Positions 51,327 to 64,000 of a stretch of DNA of 64,000 bases are shown here, in pieces. The position numbers and the translations under genes are program-made. Positions within the stretch are counted from its first letter, which is position 1. The number at the start of each line of letters is the position of its first letter. Under the pieces are notes generated by a model. It saw only the letters and a list, made by a program, of their open reading frames with translations, ran no database searches and was not told where the DNA came from. The stretch is from Ancylonema sp. (taxonomy: Eukaryota): NCBI GenBank assembly GCA_050230475.1, contig JBFLGF010000056.1, positions 1 through 64,000 on the forward strand. The letters run 5' to 3'.

Positions 51327-54300
51327 ATGGCAGCAGGACCCGGGGAAGGCAATGCGGACTCGGTGCCGCCTCCTCCGCCTGCGCAAGGTGCAGCCAGAGG
51401 AAACAAAGCCTCTTCTGGCGGGCCGCATCTTCCGCGAGGCGACTCAATCAGCAGTTTACAGTCGTCACAAGGAAGACAACCTAGCGCAACAGGAGACGAG
51501 GGAGGTGGAGGTGGGCGTGGTGGTGGTGGAGGAAGTACTGGGCTGCTTGTCGGTCGGAGCGGCATCGGGAGGGCCGTTATAAACGATGGCGGTGGGGCGG
51601 CTGGAGCAGAAGGGGTTGAACCGACCACGATGGACACATATTTAGTACTGGATAAGCTTCCAGAGCGTCCGGATGATAACCGTCCGTCCTCATCTCGTGG
51701 GGAGGGGTGGTTCACCAATCCTGAAGTCGAACAAGCCATCGCCTGGGCCAGGCAGCAGAAGGACGCGGGGAACTCGGCGGACTCTGCGGGGGATACGGGC
51801 CTACAGAGCGGAATTTCAGTGGCTGAGGCGCGTATCCTGCTCGCGACTTTCAAGAGCATCAGAGACAATGCCAGGTGTGTGTTGGGTGACTGGGCAGACG
51901 TGCCGGGGCTTTGGAATGGGGAACACCTCGAGCTGTATTGTTAGCTTCTGTATAGACCGATGTCTGCAAAAGGCGAAACCGGGAAAATCATGTGACATTT
52001 AGAAAAAAAACCATGCTGTTTACATACTGCTTTTGTTTAAATCCAGAAAGAAGTGGTCACAAAAAGTTGCCATCCGCCTCTCCGCGGCTGCTGAATCCTT
52101 CAAACATCTAAGTTTTGAAATTCTGTACACCAACCTGAATAGAACACTTGAGCCCTTCTGATTTCCAAGACTGGTGGTGGCTGGAACTGCCAGCTAGGGT
52201 CCAGGAGTGGCGTCCACTGATACATGTTTTCGAAAGTCCAATGCCAGCTGTCATATTGCCATTGGACTGCCATCATTTTCCTCCGCTGGTATTGTACGCC
52301 GTGCCATCCAGCAATTGTTAGACCTGACGTTTGCCACGTCACTGACCGTTTGCCACGTCATTCCTCTCCCGCAGGCGTCGAGCAGACCTTTTGGTTGAAG
52401 CCATGCGAGTGGAGGACACCTGGTGTCGAGATAAATCTAGAGGGAGGTTGGGCACTGAAATTCCAGAAGGCCAGCTCCCCCAGCCTCGCGGAGGATTGGG
52501 TGGGGCTGGCGGGTTGAAAGGGGCGGGCGAACGTGAAAAAGAGAGGGACGCGGGGAGGGGTGGGCAGGCTGGGGCTTCATCAGGAGTGACTCATGGGGGT
52601 AGCAGTGATAGCAGGGGAGGGCGGGATGGGGAGGGTGGGGAGCAGAAGAAGGCAGAGGTTGGGGCAATCCGTAAGAGACTCAGGACAGCTGTCGCAGAGA
52701 CCAGAGTGAGCACCCGTAACCCGTAACCCGTAACCCGTAACCCGTACCGCTCACGTGTGTGTGGGACAACAAGCGGGTACCGGATTCGATTGGATCTGTC
52801 TGATACTTTGAGGGCGTTTGAAATGGGCGGCTCTGACGTCTCACGTCTCCACGTTCGGCACAGCCACTGATGACGTGGCGGCTTGTGATTGGCAGGAAGG
52901 AAGCAACAGAACTCCTTCGCTCTCCGCCCCTTCTCCCAAAACTTGGGGAGCGGGTGTGGGTGGCAACGGGTCTCCCAGACCCCAGCCCCCACCCGCCCCC
53001 GATTTCGGGGCGGAAATACCGGGTGGGCCTCTGGCCACTGGGAGCGAAGGATCGGATCTGAAGAAGATGAAGCGGAAGAGGTCGCGGCCGAAACAGGAGT
53101 TCGCAGGAGGCGAGGGGGGAGGGGGAGGGGGTGGCGAAAGCGCTCGAGAGAACAAGTGGGCGACATCAGCCCAGAAATTGATTATCGATGTGAGTGTAGA
53201 GTGTAGAGGGGTGCTGGATAGATGAGCGGGGGGGGGTAGGGGTTCAGAACTGAAGGGGGAATTTTGTGTGGTGGGGGTTGGTCTGTTCTCTTCAGGATAA
53301 GCGAATAGAGGAGGATGAGGTATCCCCTAATGATGGCCATGCCAGGTGGGGCGTTGGCAGCCACACACTCAGACCAGCGCCGCTGTTGCAGAGGCGCTGG
53401 GATGGGTCTGAGGTTGGGGTTTTCTTTTTGGGTTTGTGTTGGGGTTCAGGTCGCGTAGGGATGGCAGCACCCCCCCTCTTGTGATCACTAAGGGGAAAGC
53501 AACTAGAGGGCCAAGATCTGCCCCTGGCCAATCAGGACACATGCTGAAAAGTCCAGCTAAGAAGGGGGGAACCGCATCCAACCCCAACCTCAGAAAGGCA
53601 CCCTCATCAGGGCCCCCAGCTCAGTGGGTCGGGCAGAGGTCCCTCAAGGCTGCCAGGTCGGCGAGGGGGGGGGCAGGGGCCCTTGCTGATTTGTTGAGGG
53701 GGGGGGAGGGAGAGGAAGGGGAACGGGGTCCTGAGAGAGGCCGTTCCGGTGTGGGGAGCAAGGCGGGGGGGGGAGGGAGGAGGGGCAGTGGGGGCGTTGC
53801 AGGGTTGCCTCGCTCTAAGTCTCAGAGTGAGCGAATGGAAGTGGAGGAGTTGGAGGAGGAGAAGAAGGACAGACTGGGCAGCAGGGGGGGGGGGAAGGGA
53901 GACAGGGAGATGGGGAGCAGGGAGGGGGGGGAAGGGCGGAAGGGGACCATCCCCTCTGGGAGGAGGACAGGGATGGGGATGGGGGTGAAGGAGGATGGGG
54001 TGAGGCGGCAGGGAAGGACTGGGGGGAGGCAGGGCGCAGCTGGGGGTGGGGGGAGGATGAACGGGGCTGGCACCTACACGGGGGAAAGAGCAGGAGGGGG
54101 GGGGGGGGGGTCGGCTAATGCCAAACAGCATCGGAGCGCGAGAGGGCACTTTGAGAAGGGGGATGGGTGAGTCAACCTGCGGGTCAGAACTAAGTCAAAG
54201 TCAAAGTCAACGTCTAAGTCAAAGTCAAACTGGAAGGCGAGGTTAAAAAGAGTTTGCTGTCATGTGAGGCTGGAGGGTCAGAGGTGGGTGCGGTTGGGCG

Positions 54301-56890
54301 GTGGGGTTCAGGAGCAAGGGGGGAGGGAAGAAGTCGGGACTGGAGCGGAAGACCACGGTGCGGAGAAGGACAGGTGGTGCATTGTCACTGGCCGGGGATG
54401 GTTCAGGTAAAGAGCACTTCAGGCACATGTGCCTACAGCGTGGCATTGGAAGCCTGTGCGGGTGAGGTCATACAGGAGTGTTGGGTTTTGGTGTTCAGGA
54501 GATTCTGAGGACGAGGGGGAGGAGGCGGCCAAGGCGGTGGCGGCGGTCGAAACTGTGAGATGTGAGAACCGAAAAGGGTTGGGGGGGAGGAGGTGGGGGT
54601 GATGAAGTCTGACGCGGGCAGTTGGCGGCTTGGTTCCGCAGCAGCTGCAGCTGGGAACGATTTCTGGAAGAGTGTGGAGCCATACTTTGCTCCCGTGACG
54701 CGCCAAGACCTGCACAGACTGAGAGGAGAGGTAAGCGACTCACATGCCGCCTCACATGACTCGGAAACTGACCCCTCTGTTCGGACATTCGAAATCCGAT
54801 ATGGGGGGGGGGGGGAGCAGGTGACTAGTGCATCTGAGCGGGAGAGCGCTGGGATCATCCCCCCCTTTGCAACCGCAGCCCCGGCCGTACGAGCAACCCC
54901 TTATCTGGATTCATGACCATATGAAGGTGACCAGATGCTGACAGCTGGACGGGGGTGTGGGTTTGGGGGTTTGTGACAGGCTGGGCATCTGGCCAGCGGA
55001 GGATGGGCATCGCGTGGGCTGGAGGGGGGGATGGGGGGGGAGGTGAAGCAGGGGATGAATGGGGGATGGGTTCAGTCTCTTTCTGATCGCCTCCTTCAGG
55101 CGATCAAAGCTTTGGGAGGCGGATCGAGGGGCGGGGCGGGGGTGGGGGGTAATGGGTATCTGGTCCAGAGGGGCGAGGGGCAAGAGGAGGGGGGGGGCGG
55201 TGATGAGTGGGCGAGAGAGTATAAGCAGATGTCGGCGGAGGAGAGGATGGAATGGGAGCTGAAGAGTGTCGGCCTCATGCCTAGACAGGGGGTAAGGAGG
55301 GGGTGTAGAACCTGCCACCTGGCAGGATGAGAGTGGCAGATGGCAGATGGCAGATGGCTAATCCATCCGCTGCTCCTGGTTGGTGGGTAGGTGGATCTGA
55401 GTCAGCGGGAGGACGATGAGGTCTGTGTGGCGATGCGAGAGGAGCAGAGGGTGCTGGAGAGGCAGATGGGGCAGAATGGGGTGCTGGTGGAGGAGGTGGT
55501 GGCGGCAGTGGAGGGGAAGAGGGCGGAGGAGGAGAGGTAGGGAGCGGCAATACGGCAATAGGGCAACATGGCAAAATGGCAATATGGCAATAGAGCAATA
55601 GGGCCATAGGGCAATATGGCAATATGGCAATATGAGAGTGTGGGCGAATGGGGATTATTGGATGGCTGCTTGACTGTGTCAGGAGTGAGTCCGCTGGTAC
55701 GTTGACTCTGTGGTTGACTTCTTCGTTGACTTTGTGGTTGACTTTGTGGTTGGCAGGGCTATCGAGCAGAAAGCTGTGGAGAGGTATCTGGAAATGACGT
55801 TCAACAAGGTGAAGGTGAGGAGCAGCTGAATGACGATTCTTGGATTCCACGATTCTTGGAGCGTGGATACGGACTCTAACCCCATCCTTTCTGCCGCCTT
55901 TTTTCCTTTCTGCCATTCTGTCTGGTGCAGGCCGTCGCGGGAGCCAAATCCAGCGGCAAAAAGGGCGCCAGTGATGGCAAAACAGAAGCGCAGAAACAGC
56001 GATGCCAGGTGTTGGCAGAAAGGGCGAACCGGAGGGCAGAAGCGTTCGAGGCAGGTCAGCCGTTTGTGACAAATGGCGAGCTCAGGGCGAAGCTGCTGGG
56101 GCTGGCAGGAGCTGGGGAGGATGGGGAGGATGGGGAGGAGAAGCCAGCTGGTAAGGGAGGGAGGGTGGCTTGTATGGAAGAGATTTGGGAGGAAGTCTCT
56201 GGGAAACTTCTTCTCCATATTGACTCTAACTTTTTAAGAGAGTCAAAGTCTGATGAAAGACAAACTGGATCTTGTTTGGAAGTGCCAGGTGGCAGATCCA
56301 CGACGCCTCTGGAGTTCAGGACGGGGAGAGTAGGGGGGGGGGAGAGGGAGCGCCAGGTCAGCTCCCTCGTCCCCACGCCAGGTGCGGCCCAGCAGCGGAT
56401 CAAAGCCAAGTCGGCACGCTGTGAGGAGGTGGCTGATGTGAGGAGTGGAGGTGGGGATGGGGATGGGGATGGGGATGGGGGCCCACCCAAGCGCAAACGG
56501 AGTAAGATAGGGTCGCTGGAAACCGGGTTGAAGAGTAAGGGGAAAGTGACAAAGAAGGGGGGGGCACCAGCGACCAAGAAAAGGGGGGGGGGGGCGAAGG
56601 GAGGGGGGGGGGGCAAGCGGGGTGGGAAGGCAGGAGCAGGCCGGGGGGGGGCGGTTGGGGGGGTGGCTGTGGAAGAGATCCTGCCTGAGGAAGGCTTGCT
56701 GGTGGGCTCTGACCCCGTGCTGGGGGGTGGGGACGAAATTGGGGACGCGTTTCCGTTCTGGGATGGGGCGGACGGGCCAGATCAGCTGGGGGGAGGGGAG
56801 AATGACATGTGGATGACGGGGATGGAGGGGGAGGAGGGGGTGGGGGGAGCCCTGCAAGTGCCTATGGATGATCTCAATGAAATTTGGTAG
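51327..56890 (+). CDS. Plant ADA3-like SAGA-associated protein (At4g29790/At2g19390/At5g22450 family), multi-exon; an upstream exon is possible
   Basis: Family blocks in order: SIRDNAR|RRADLL (51874/52375), RKRLRTAVAETR, KKMKRKRS, PPAQWVGQRSLKAARSAR, DGVRRQGRTG, AKQHRSAR, DFWKSVEPYFAPV, SLSDRLLQAI, EYKQMSAEERMEWELKSVGLMP, DLSQREDDEV. The last exon ends LQVPMDDLNEIW* at 56890. Internal exon borders are only partly resolved. Confidence 0.8.
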
Positions 56891-56989
56891 GGGGAGGGGG
56901 AGGGGGAGGCTTTTATTGTTGACCCCCTTGACTCCGGCCCCCTTATGTGCATTTTGTTTAATTTGTATCAGAACCGAGCAAGTTCTTAT

Positions 56990-57056
56990 GGGTTTGGGGT
57001 TAGGGTTTAGGGTTTAGGGTTTAGGGTTTAGGGTTTAGGGTTTAGGGTTTAGGGTT
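56990..57056 (+). repeat. Interstitial plant-type telomeric array (TTTAGGG)n
   Basis: About 7 perfect TTTAGGG units plus degenerate flanks, ~100 bp after the ADA3-like stop codon. Confidence 0.95.
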
Positions 57057-58268
57057 AAGAACTGTCGGGGTATGAAATACCATTTTTGTGTACTAGTTAG
57101 GGCGGTAGTGGCGAACAGGGTTAAGAAAATTAGAGAGTATTATTATGATGGTAGGGTTACAACGCACCCCACAAATCCCTCTTATGTAATAGATGGGGGG
57201 TGAATGCGGGGAAAGACGTTGTGCACACGCAGCAGATTAGAGGGGTGGAAATCGGCCGAAAACGGTGAGGGAGCAGCGATAAAGTTCATGTTTTGTATAG
57301 AGATGAATTAGTTTGTAAGGAGGATTTCCGAGGTGAGTCGGATGTACGTTAGATGCGGGGATGTTGTTGATTGGAACCGGTGTAGAATTAGGATACATTG
57401 TATCCGGGTAAAGTTACGACACAGCAAAAAGAGATTTGTACATAGACACTTTTTGTCATTTATTTGTGACAATGGGTTGTTGGAATTTGGGACATCTGAT
57501 GGATGACACACTGTTAAGTTGGCATCGAGACCGAACAGGATGTGTTGGATTATGCCAAATATTGATTCCATTACGACAATGACAATTTAAACCGCAGCAA
57601 CATGATATCGTTGACTTTTTTGGCTCGGCTGCCGTTGGCGAAGAGGTTCAATAGGTGATTGATAATTTTGTAAGGGAACATGTGGCATGTCGCACACCAT
57701 GATGTATCGCTTGGTAGTTCGGGAAGGGATTCTGTTAATCGAACAATGACTCCGTTTTAAATCATTGAGTCGACGCAGAGGTTTGCTAAAACGATTGTCG
57801 GTATGACTGTAGAAGAAGAAAAAGATGAAGGCGGAAGCGGCCTACTGATTGAAAACACTAAGAATTACTGCGATGCATTTCTGATTCATCTGTTAATATT
57901 TCCATTCCCATCCATTTCTTTTGCGCACGTGCAGCATTCACGACTCACACCTTATACACTCTTCCTGCTCTCTGCATGTTCAAATGAGAAACGGTGGCTC
58001 ACACTCAGTACACTTCAATTCAAGCACCAAAAAAATACATTTCGTTTGTCTTATTTTGGTGCTTGTGTCGCATACTAGTGTGCACCTTCATTCGTTCTCA
58101 CACCACCCACTCCGCCAAAGTCCGCATTGGAATTTGGGACGACCCATCCTACCCCAACCTCCATCCCACCCTAACTCTGCATACAACTTTTCCACACACC
58201 TCTCACTCCAATTCTCAAAACTACTATCGCCGCCCCCCCTTCCTCCCCCCCCCCCCTCTCGTCTTCGA

Positions 58269-61200
58269 CTACAGCAATGGCTCCCTCTCACCCACCCCAA
58301 CTCCCCTCTCCTCCCTGCTCTCTCCCCCCCCTTTGGAGGTGCATGCAGGCACCCCGGGATGGGGGGGTGGGGGGTGGAGAACGTAGAGCTCCCGCAGGAT
58401 CTGCGTGTCGGTCGGGCAGAAAGCGGAGCGGAGGTACTTGACGGCAATAATCGGCAAAACACCCACGGCACAAATAAGCTGGAGGGGGGGGAAAAAGCAC
58501 GAATTGGGTCTCCCTCACAACCAGAACCAGAACCTGCAGAGGACTGATTGTTTGACACGTGTCACTTAGCAGGCTTGCCAGGTGGCAAGCAGAGGGTACC
58601 CCCACCCGCTATTGGTGACATCGAGTGTGGAGTAAAATTTTCAGACAAACCCGTGATCCGTTTGTCGTTTCTGCCAGGTGTCATCTTTCAGTTGACTCAC
58701 CAATATTGTGAGCCAATAACGAGGGTCGGCCGCCAATCGAATCATGATTCCGTACTCCCCTCCCCCCGGAACCAAACCGACGCAGAAAGTGAACGCGTAG
58801 AACGAAAACAAGGTCCCCCATACAGCCGCGTGTTGATATACCGCAAAGGATCTGCAAACACTCGTAGTTTTGCCACATTTTGCATTTTGCCATATTTTGG
58901 CTTCTGTTACATTTTTTAGTTTGGCACCTTCACCATTTCGCCATTCTTTTTGCCATCATTTTTTTATTTCTGCCCATTGCGATTCAAATCGGAGACACTA
59001 CCACCAAAAAAATCCTCTAAACCCTAAACCCCAACCTCGACTTTAAACCTATTGCTATCAACGCCCACCTCCCCCCCCCCCTTACTTGGTTTCCAGGACC
59101 ACTGTGAGGTTTGCTAGCCATATACACCCACTCAGAGTGGTGAGGGAAACTTCCTCGAAACTGCCGTTGGCTCCGCCGTAGCCGCGCATGCAGATGAAGG
59201 ATACGACACATCCCTGTGCCAGCCCCCCCCCCATCCCCCCATCCCCAAACGAAATAAACATATCGAGAAAAGAAAAAGAAAGAGAACGATGGTATCAATT
59301 CTGTTGTTCCGTGCGACTAGGCTGACATGAGTGGGCAGAGTCAAATCCCTCATATCGAATAACACTCCCGTGACCGAGGTCTCTCATTCCAAATTGAGTT
59401 ATCAGCAGACGAGAGATTATTAGAGTAGAGGAGTCTCTCGTCCTTCTCTACCGCGCCGCGTGTGTCGACCAAAATGCAGGAAACCGACAAATATGTATAA
59501 CCTGGGATCGGTATCCCAGGTTATTACTTTGAATACATGAAAACCCCTGAGAAGTGATGGACGATTGAATCACCTAAACATAATATCAGCAGACTATTAT
59601 TCTGTTGAGATATGGAAAAAAGAGAGTAAATGTATCGAATCAGTGAATCATCCGATGCCAAAAAATGACACCATGAAACAGCTGATGACTTCCCCCTGAC
59701 CACATTTTCCATGTACCAGATTTATCTACCTCTGTCTATACTAAAACTCGTTTTAATCAATAATTGTCTACCTCATCAACAAGACACTGTACACGTAAAA
59801 TATTCAGTCACAGTCAGTAGCAAAAGTCACACAAAAAAACGGTGAAAAAGCGAGTCCATTTACATACCAGAGCTCACATCTCACCACTTCTTATAAAAAA
59901 CCCGGATCCAAATAAATAAATAAATTGTGATGAGTTTCAGAACACACCCGGTCCCCACACTGACATGGTATAGAGAGAGCGCCACCCATTCGGCAAAACT
60001 GCGTCCTCCCAATCCCCTCCCCTTCCGCCTTTCTGCCATCCTGAGGCACGGGTGTTCTGCTACGCTCCTTTCTGTCAGGTCCACATCCAGCGCCATCCCC
60101 AAGGGGGGCCAGCAGGTGTACACCACGTTATAGGCCATTAGACTGACAGAATTGAAGATGCTGGCGCCGGATTGGGCGGAGGCAGAGAGGTTGTATCTGG
60201 GGGGGGAGGGGGGGGCTTATTTAATCAGAGGGGTTTCCATGATTTCGGTCGGAAAACAGTCGTTACACACTCACAAAATTCGGGACTCAATTTCAATCCT
60301 CCTGCCCTCCCCATACATTGATTTGCACATCAACTCATTCACTCATTTTACATTTTATTGTTGCCAAACAATGCTTTCCTCGCACAATACTTGACCATGA
60401 CTCAATCCCCCCTTTCTGAAACTCATCATCAGAAACTCAGAGCTTGCATTCACATCTTCATCATCATTTTTCACCGCTCATCTGCAACTACCAAAATAAA
60501 CAAAACCAGTCATAGTCGTCGCTCAAACCACCCTCTTTTACAAGGCGAGGGGGCAAAGGGGGGGAAGGGGGGGAGGGGGGGGAGGGGGGTACGCACATGA
60601 GCTGTATGGAGCATATGAGTACGGCCTTGTAGAGGGAGTACTGGGCGATGGCGGAAGTTCGAAGGCGCGCCAATCGACCGTGGCCCAGAATGAGACGACC
60701 GAGGAACCGGAACTCTGCACCAAACGACAGAATTCCAGAAACCGCCCCCTCACACTTTTCCCTCTTCACTTCGCATGTTGCCCAACAGATTCATGGATTC
60801 TATGTGAATAAGACCCGGGGAAAATGCTGCAGTGCCTTATACAAATCGACTTTATAAAACAATGAAGAAATTCGACGCACAAACACAACCGAATTCTTGG
60901 ACTTTGTCCAAAACAGTACCCCCAAAACCAGCCCCCCCCTCCCTCCCCTAAGCTTCCCCACGAATCTTCATCACCGAATACATTGACATCCTCCTCCGAC
61001 CCCCCTCCCCCCCCCCCTCCCCTCTTTTCTTCTTTCCCACCACTCACTTGCAATGTTGAAATCTGCCGCCCTTGCCGCCTGCAGTCCCTCCTTCCCGCTG
61101 ATCCCCACCCCCACATGTGCGACTTGGATCATCCTGACGTCGTTACCCCCGTCCCCCACAGCCATCGTGCGAAACCCCCTCTCCCCCACCATCGTCACCA

Positions 61201-61914
61201 ACTGAAATACCAGGAAGGGGGAAGGGGGAGGGGGGGGGGGGAAGGGGGGAGGGAAAGATTCTCTGAGAAGGTGACAGGTGGCAGGTGGGGGGGGGGGGGG
61301 GGGGGTGGCCAGGTGGCGGCCCCACCTGAGCCTTCTGTGCAGGAGTGAGTCTGCTGCAGATTGCTGACTCGGCATGCAGCGCCACGTCAGCAAACAGGTC
61401 GGGATGGTGCAGGAGAGCTAGCTCCAAAGCAGCCCCGTCCAAAATAATGGAGGAGGGGGGGGGCTCCTTCACGGGAAATTGCGTTTGACCTTATCTGCCG
61501 CAAGCATGCGCCGATCTCCCCCCCTGTGGCACCACACACCTCCGACAAAAGGCTCTCTGCGCTCCCCCCCACCCCCCCCCACCCCTCCTCTGCATGTCAG
61601 TAACAGTCGATTCTGATTCCATCCACCCAACCTTGCCAGCCATGCGTGGGATCAGGGGAGGGGGGGGAGGGGTGGGGGTTGCTGACGTGGCGTGATGAGG
61701 TGGCACGCCCGCGCAATCTGCATCGCTGTCTTTTTCTTGTCCCCTGTCAGCATCCAGATGCGGATACCTGCTTGTCTCAACACCCGGATGGTGGCTGGCA
61801 CCCCATCCTGACCCCAGCCGCCCCACCCCAACCGACCAACCCACCTCAGTCTTGGGTCTACCTCCCCCTCCCGTATTCCCCCTCTCTTATTCTCTTTTCG
61901 TGAATACGAAAAGA

Positions 61915-61956
<42 letters not shown>

Positions 61957-64000
61957 CATATATATATACCCACCTGCAATTTGTCTTCAACTGCAGAAAC
62001 CCCCACCAGGTGCACCTCCCTCTCCATCAGATCACAAATCTCTGCTACTTTCTCCTGAACAACCCCCCCCTCCCCCACAACCCACAAACAGCCCATCGAT
62101 ATGTGTCAGCCTCCCTTCCCCCCCTCCCCCTCTGCCCCCACCCCCCTCCTCCCCCACCTCTCTCCCCTCCACAGCAGCAGACGCTTCCCTGAACCCTAGC
62201 CCCCCACCGCGCCGCCTCCTCCTCCTCCACCTCCCTCACCCCCACGCAGAGAGTCCGCAGACCCTCCCCCGAATACGTCTCCACTGCCGCACACGTGGAG
62301 CTAACCCAAGGTGCTAACCCTGGTTGGACCAGAGGTAACACGCTCTCATCCGCCCCCTTTATGAGCAACCTCACTCGCCCAGACGACAGGTGGCGCACCA
62401 GAACAGACATGCGTTTTCGGGTGGAGGAGAAGGGGAGGGTGGCTAGGAGGTCGTACTGTTCGGACTGGCCTTGGATCTGGACCTCCAACCGACACCCCTC
62501 TCTTTTAATAAAACTGAACCCCAAACTTGATGCCGCCTTGACCAGTGCCTCCTCGTCCTGCGATTGGGCGTTGTACTCAATCTGCCCCCCTCTGAACCAC
62601 AAAATAATCAATAGGGGGGGGGGGAATGGGGGGGGGGGATGAGTATTGGCTTTCCCCCCCACAGGGCAACGCTTTGTCCCATGGGGGGGGGTAAGGGGGG
62701 AGAAAGGAAAAGTAAAGGAGGATGAGGGGGGTTGGGACTCACTTTTCGCCGCATGGGACGACTGTATGGCAGAGAGCGAGGGCCAAAAAGAAATCGACAG
62801 CTGGCAGGTCCCCTCCAGCCAGCGCAGAGACCAATCTGGGGTCTGATCCGGAACCCCAAAACCCGGGAAAAACCCAGATGACCCAAATTCTATTTGGGAA
62901 GTTCTGAGGCGAGGACATTCTTCGAGATAAGCCACAGAAACTTCGAACCGGCCAAACACAAACCCTCAAACGAACAGATCAGGCCCCACAAAAAAAAAAA
63001 AACAAAACAAATACATCAAGAAACAAGAATCAAAATTCAAAACACTCCTCAGCGCATCAAACAACATTGCATCCCAGGGAAAGAGAGGGGGGGGGGGGGG
63101 GGGGTTCCCACCTGTGAGCGCGTCCCCCGTGCCCTCCCCATACATCACCCCCCCCACGCAGCACTGCTTGAACAGCATGCAGTTCTCCGTCAGAGTCCCT
63201 GTCTTGTCCGTCAAAATATACTCACTCTCCCCCAGCTCCTCCGCCAGCGCAGTACTGCAACCCCCCCCCCTGGGCCACGTCAGCAGAGCCAGGTGCGTGC
63301 CACGTCAGAGGGCGGGGTCGTACTTGAGAGCGCGTGCGGGGGTGTCCGTGGGGGCGTCGTACATGCGGAGGTCCCAGTCGATGAGCTTCGAATAAAAAGC
63401 TTTAACCACATCCATGGTCACCTATACCCCCCCACCCTCAGTCACAATCCCCCTCTCATTTCTGCCACCGCTCATCGCGGTGGCAGAAAGCCATTTCTGG
63501 CGCCAAAGGGTGGCAGAAAGCGGCGGCAGAAAGGGGTGGCGCTACCTTCAGGGAGATGGGGATGGCGATCGAGCAGAGCAGCTGGAAGCGCAGAGGAATG
63601 ACGGCGGGCTCGAACCAAGGGGCCTCAGCTCGAGTCAGCCCCGTGTACCACGCCTGCACAGTGACCACATCAGAGGGGTCGCGAAGCCTCCTCGGACTCG
63701 GGCGTGAATGGCGCAATTGGCGCAAATGGAAAAAAATGGCAAAAGTGCTAAAAGTGACAAAAATGGCAAAAAAACCGAATTTCACAAAAATGTAAAAGAT
63801 GGAAAAAAAAACACTGAGGGTGTGTGTTGTGTGCATCACTTTCGACGTAACACGTCACAAATTCATCGTCATCATTTCAAACCCGACAGCTGTACGCACC
63901 TCCGCCGCGTGCTCGCTCCGCCACCTGTTCCCCGCCCACCCCATCCCCATCACCGTACACAGCTGGCCCACGAACAGCGTCTGCGTCAGCCCGTCTACTG
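58269..64000 (-). CDS. ALA2: P4-type ATPase phospholipid flippase, ALA2-like (5' part extends beyond the window)
   Basis: Motifs across exons: [17 protein letters not shown] (phospho-Asp), [100 protein letters not shown]. The last exon ends EPLL* at 58269. Confidence 0.94.

Noticed and set aside
53607..56857. Long Pro-rich minus-strand ORFs
   Set aside because: Antisense shadows of the G-rich ADA3-like exons, with no independent motifs.
62894..63601. 235-aa plus-strand ORF
   Set aside because: Antisense to ALA2 exons containing DKTGT, with no recognisable domain.

Overview
Eukaryotic, intron-rich green-plant DNA. The gene families, an Arabidopsis-type TTTAGGG array and G/C-run and microsatellite-rich introns suggest a streptophyte, probably a charophyte alga (inference). 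I spliced exons by hand at GT-AG junctions. This gave eight host genes: SRT1/SIRT6 sirtuin (+, 15 exons), cytosolic pyruvate kinase (-, first 7 exons only, 3' half absent from the window), MRK1/CBC-type Raf-like kinase (+), RCI2/PMP3 (-), kynurenine-aminotransferase-like PLP enzyme (-), TPX2-family protein (+), plant ADA3-like protein (+) and ALA2-type P4-ATPase (-, 5'-partial). Intergenic DNA holds decayed elements: a hAT transposase remnant, pogo/Tc1-like TIR elements with TA target duplications, an intact PIF/Harbinger (Tourist-like) MITE and a CDPK-like pseudogene. The most notable element is an intronless, decayed DNMT3-like cytosine methyltransferase domain at about 49.8-50.4 kb, next to a possible Ty3/gypsy RNase H remnant, i.e. 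a probable retrotransposon-borne methyltransferase fossil. No rRNA, tRNA or CRISPR array was recognised. Family assignments come from recalled motifs, not database searches.
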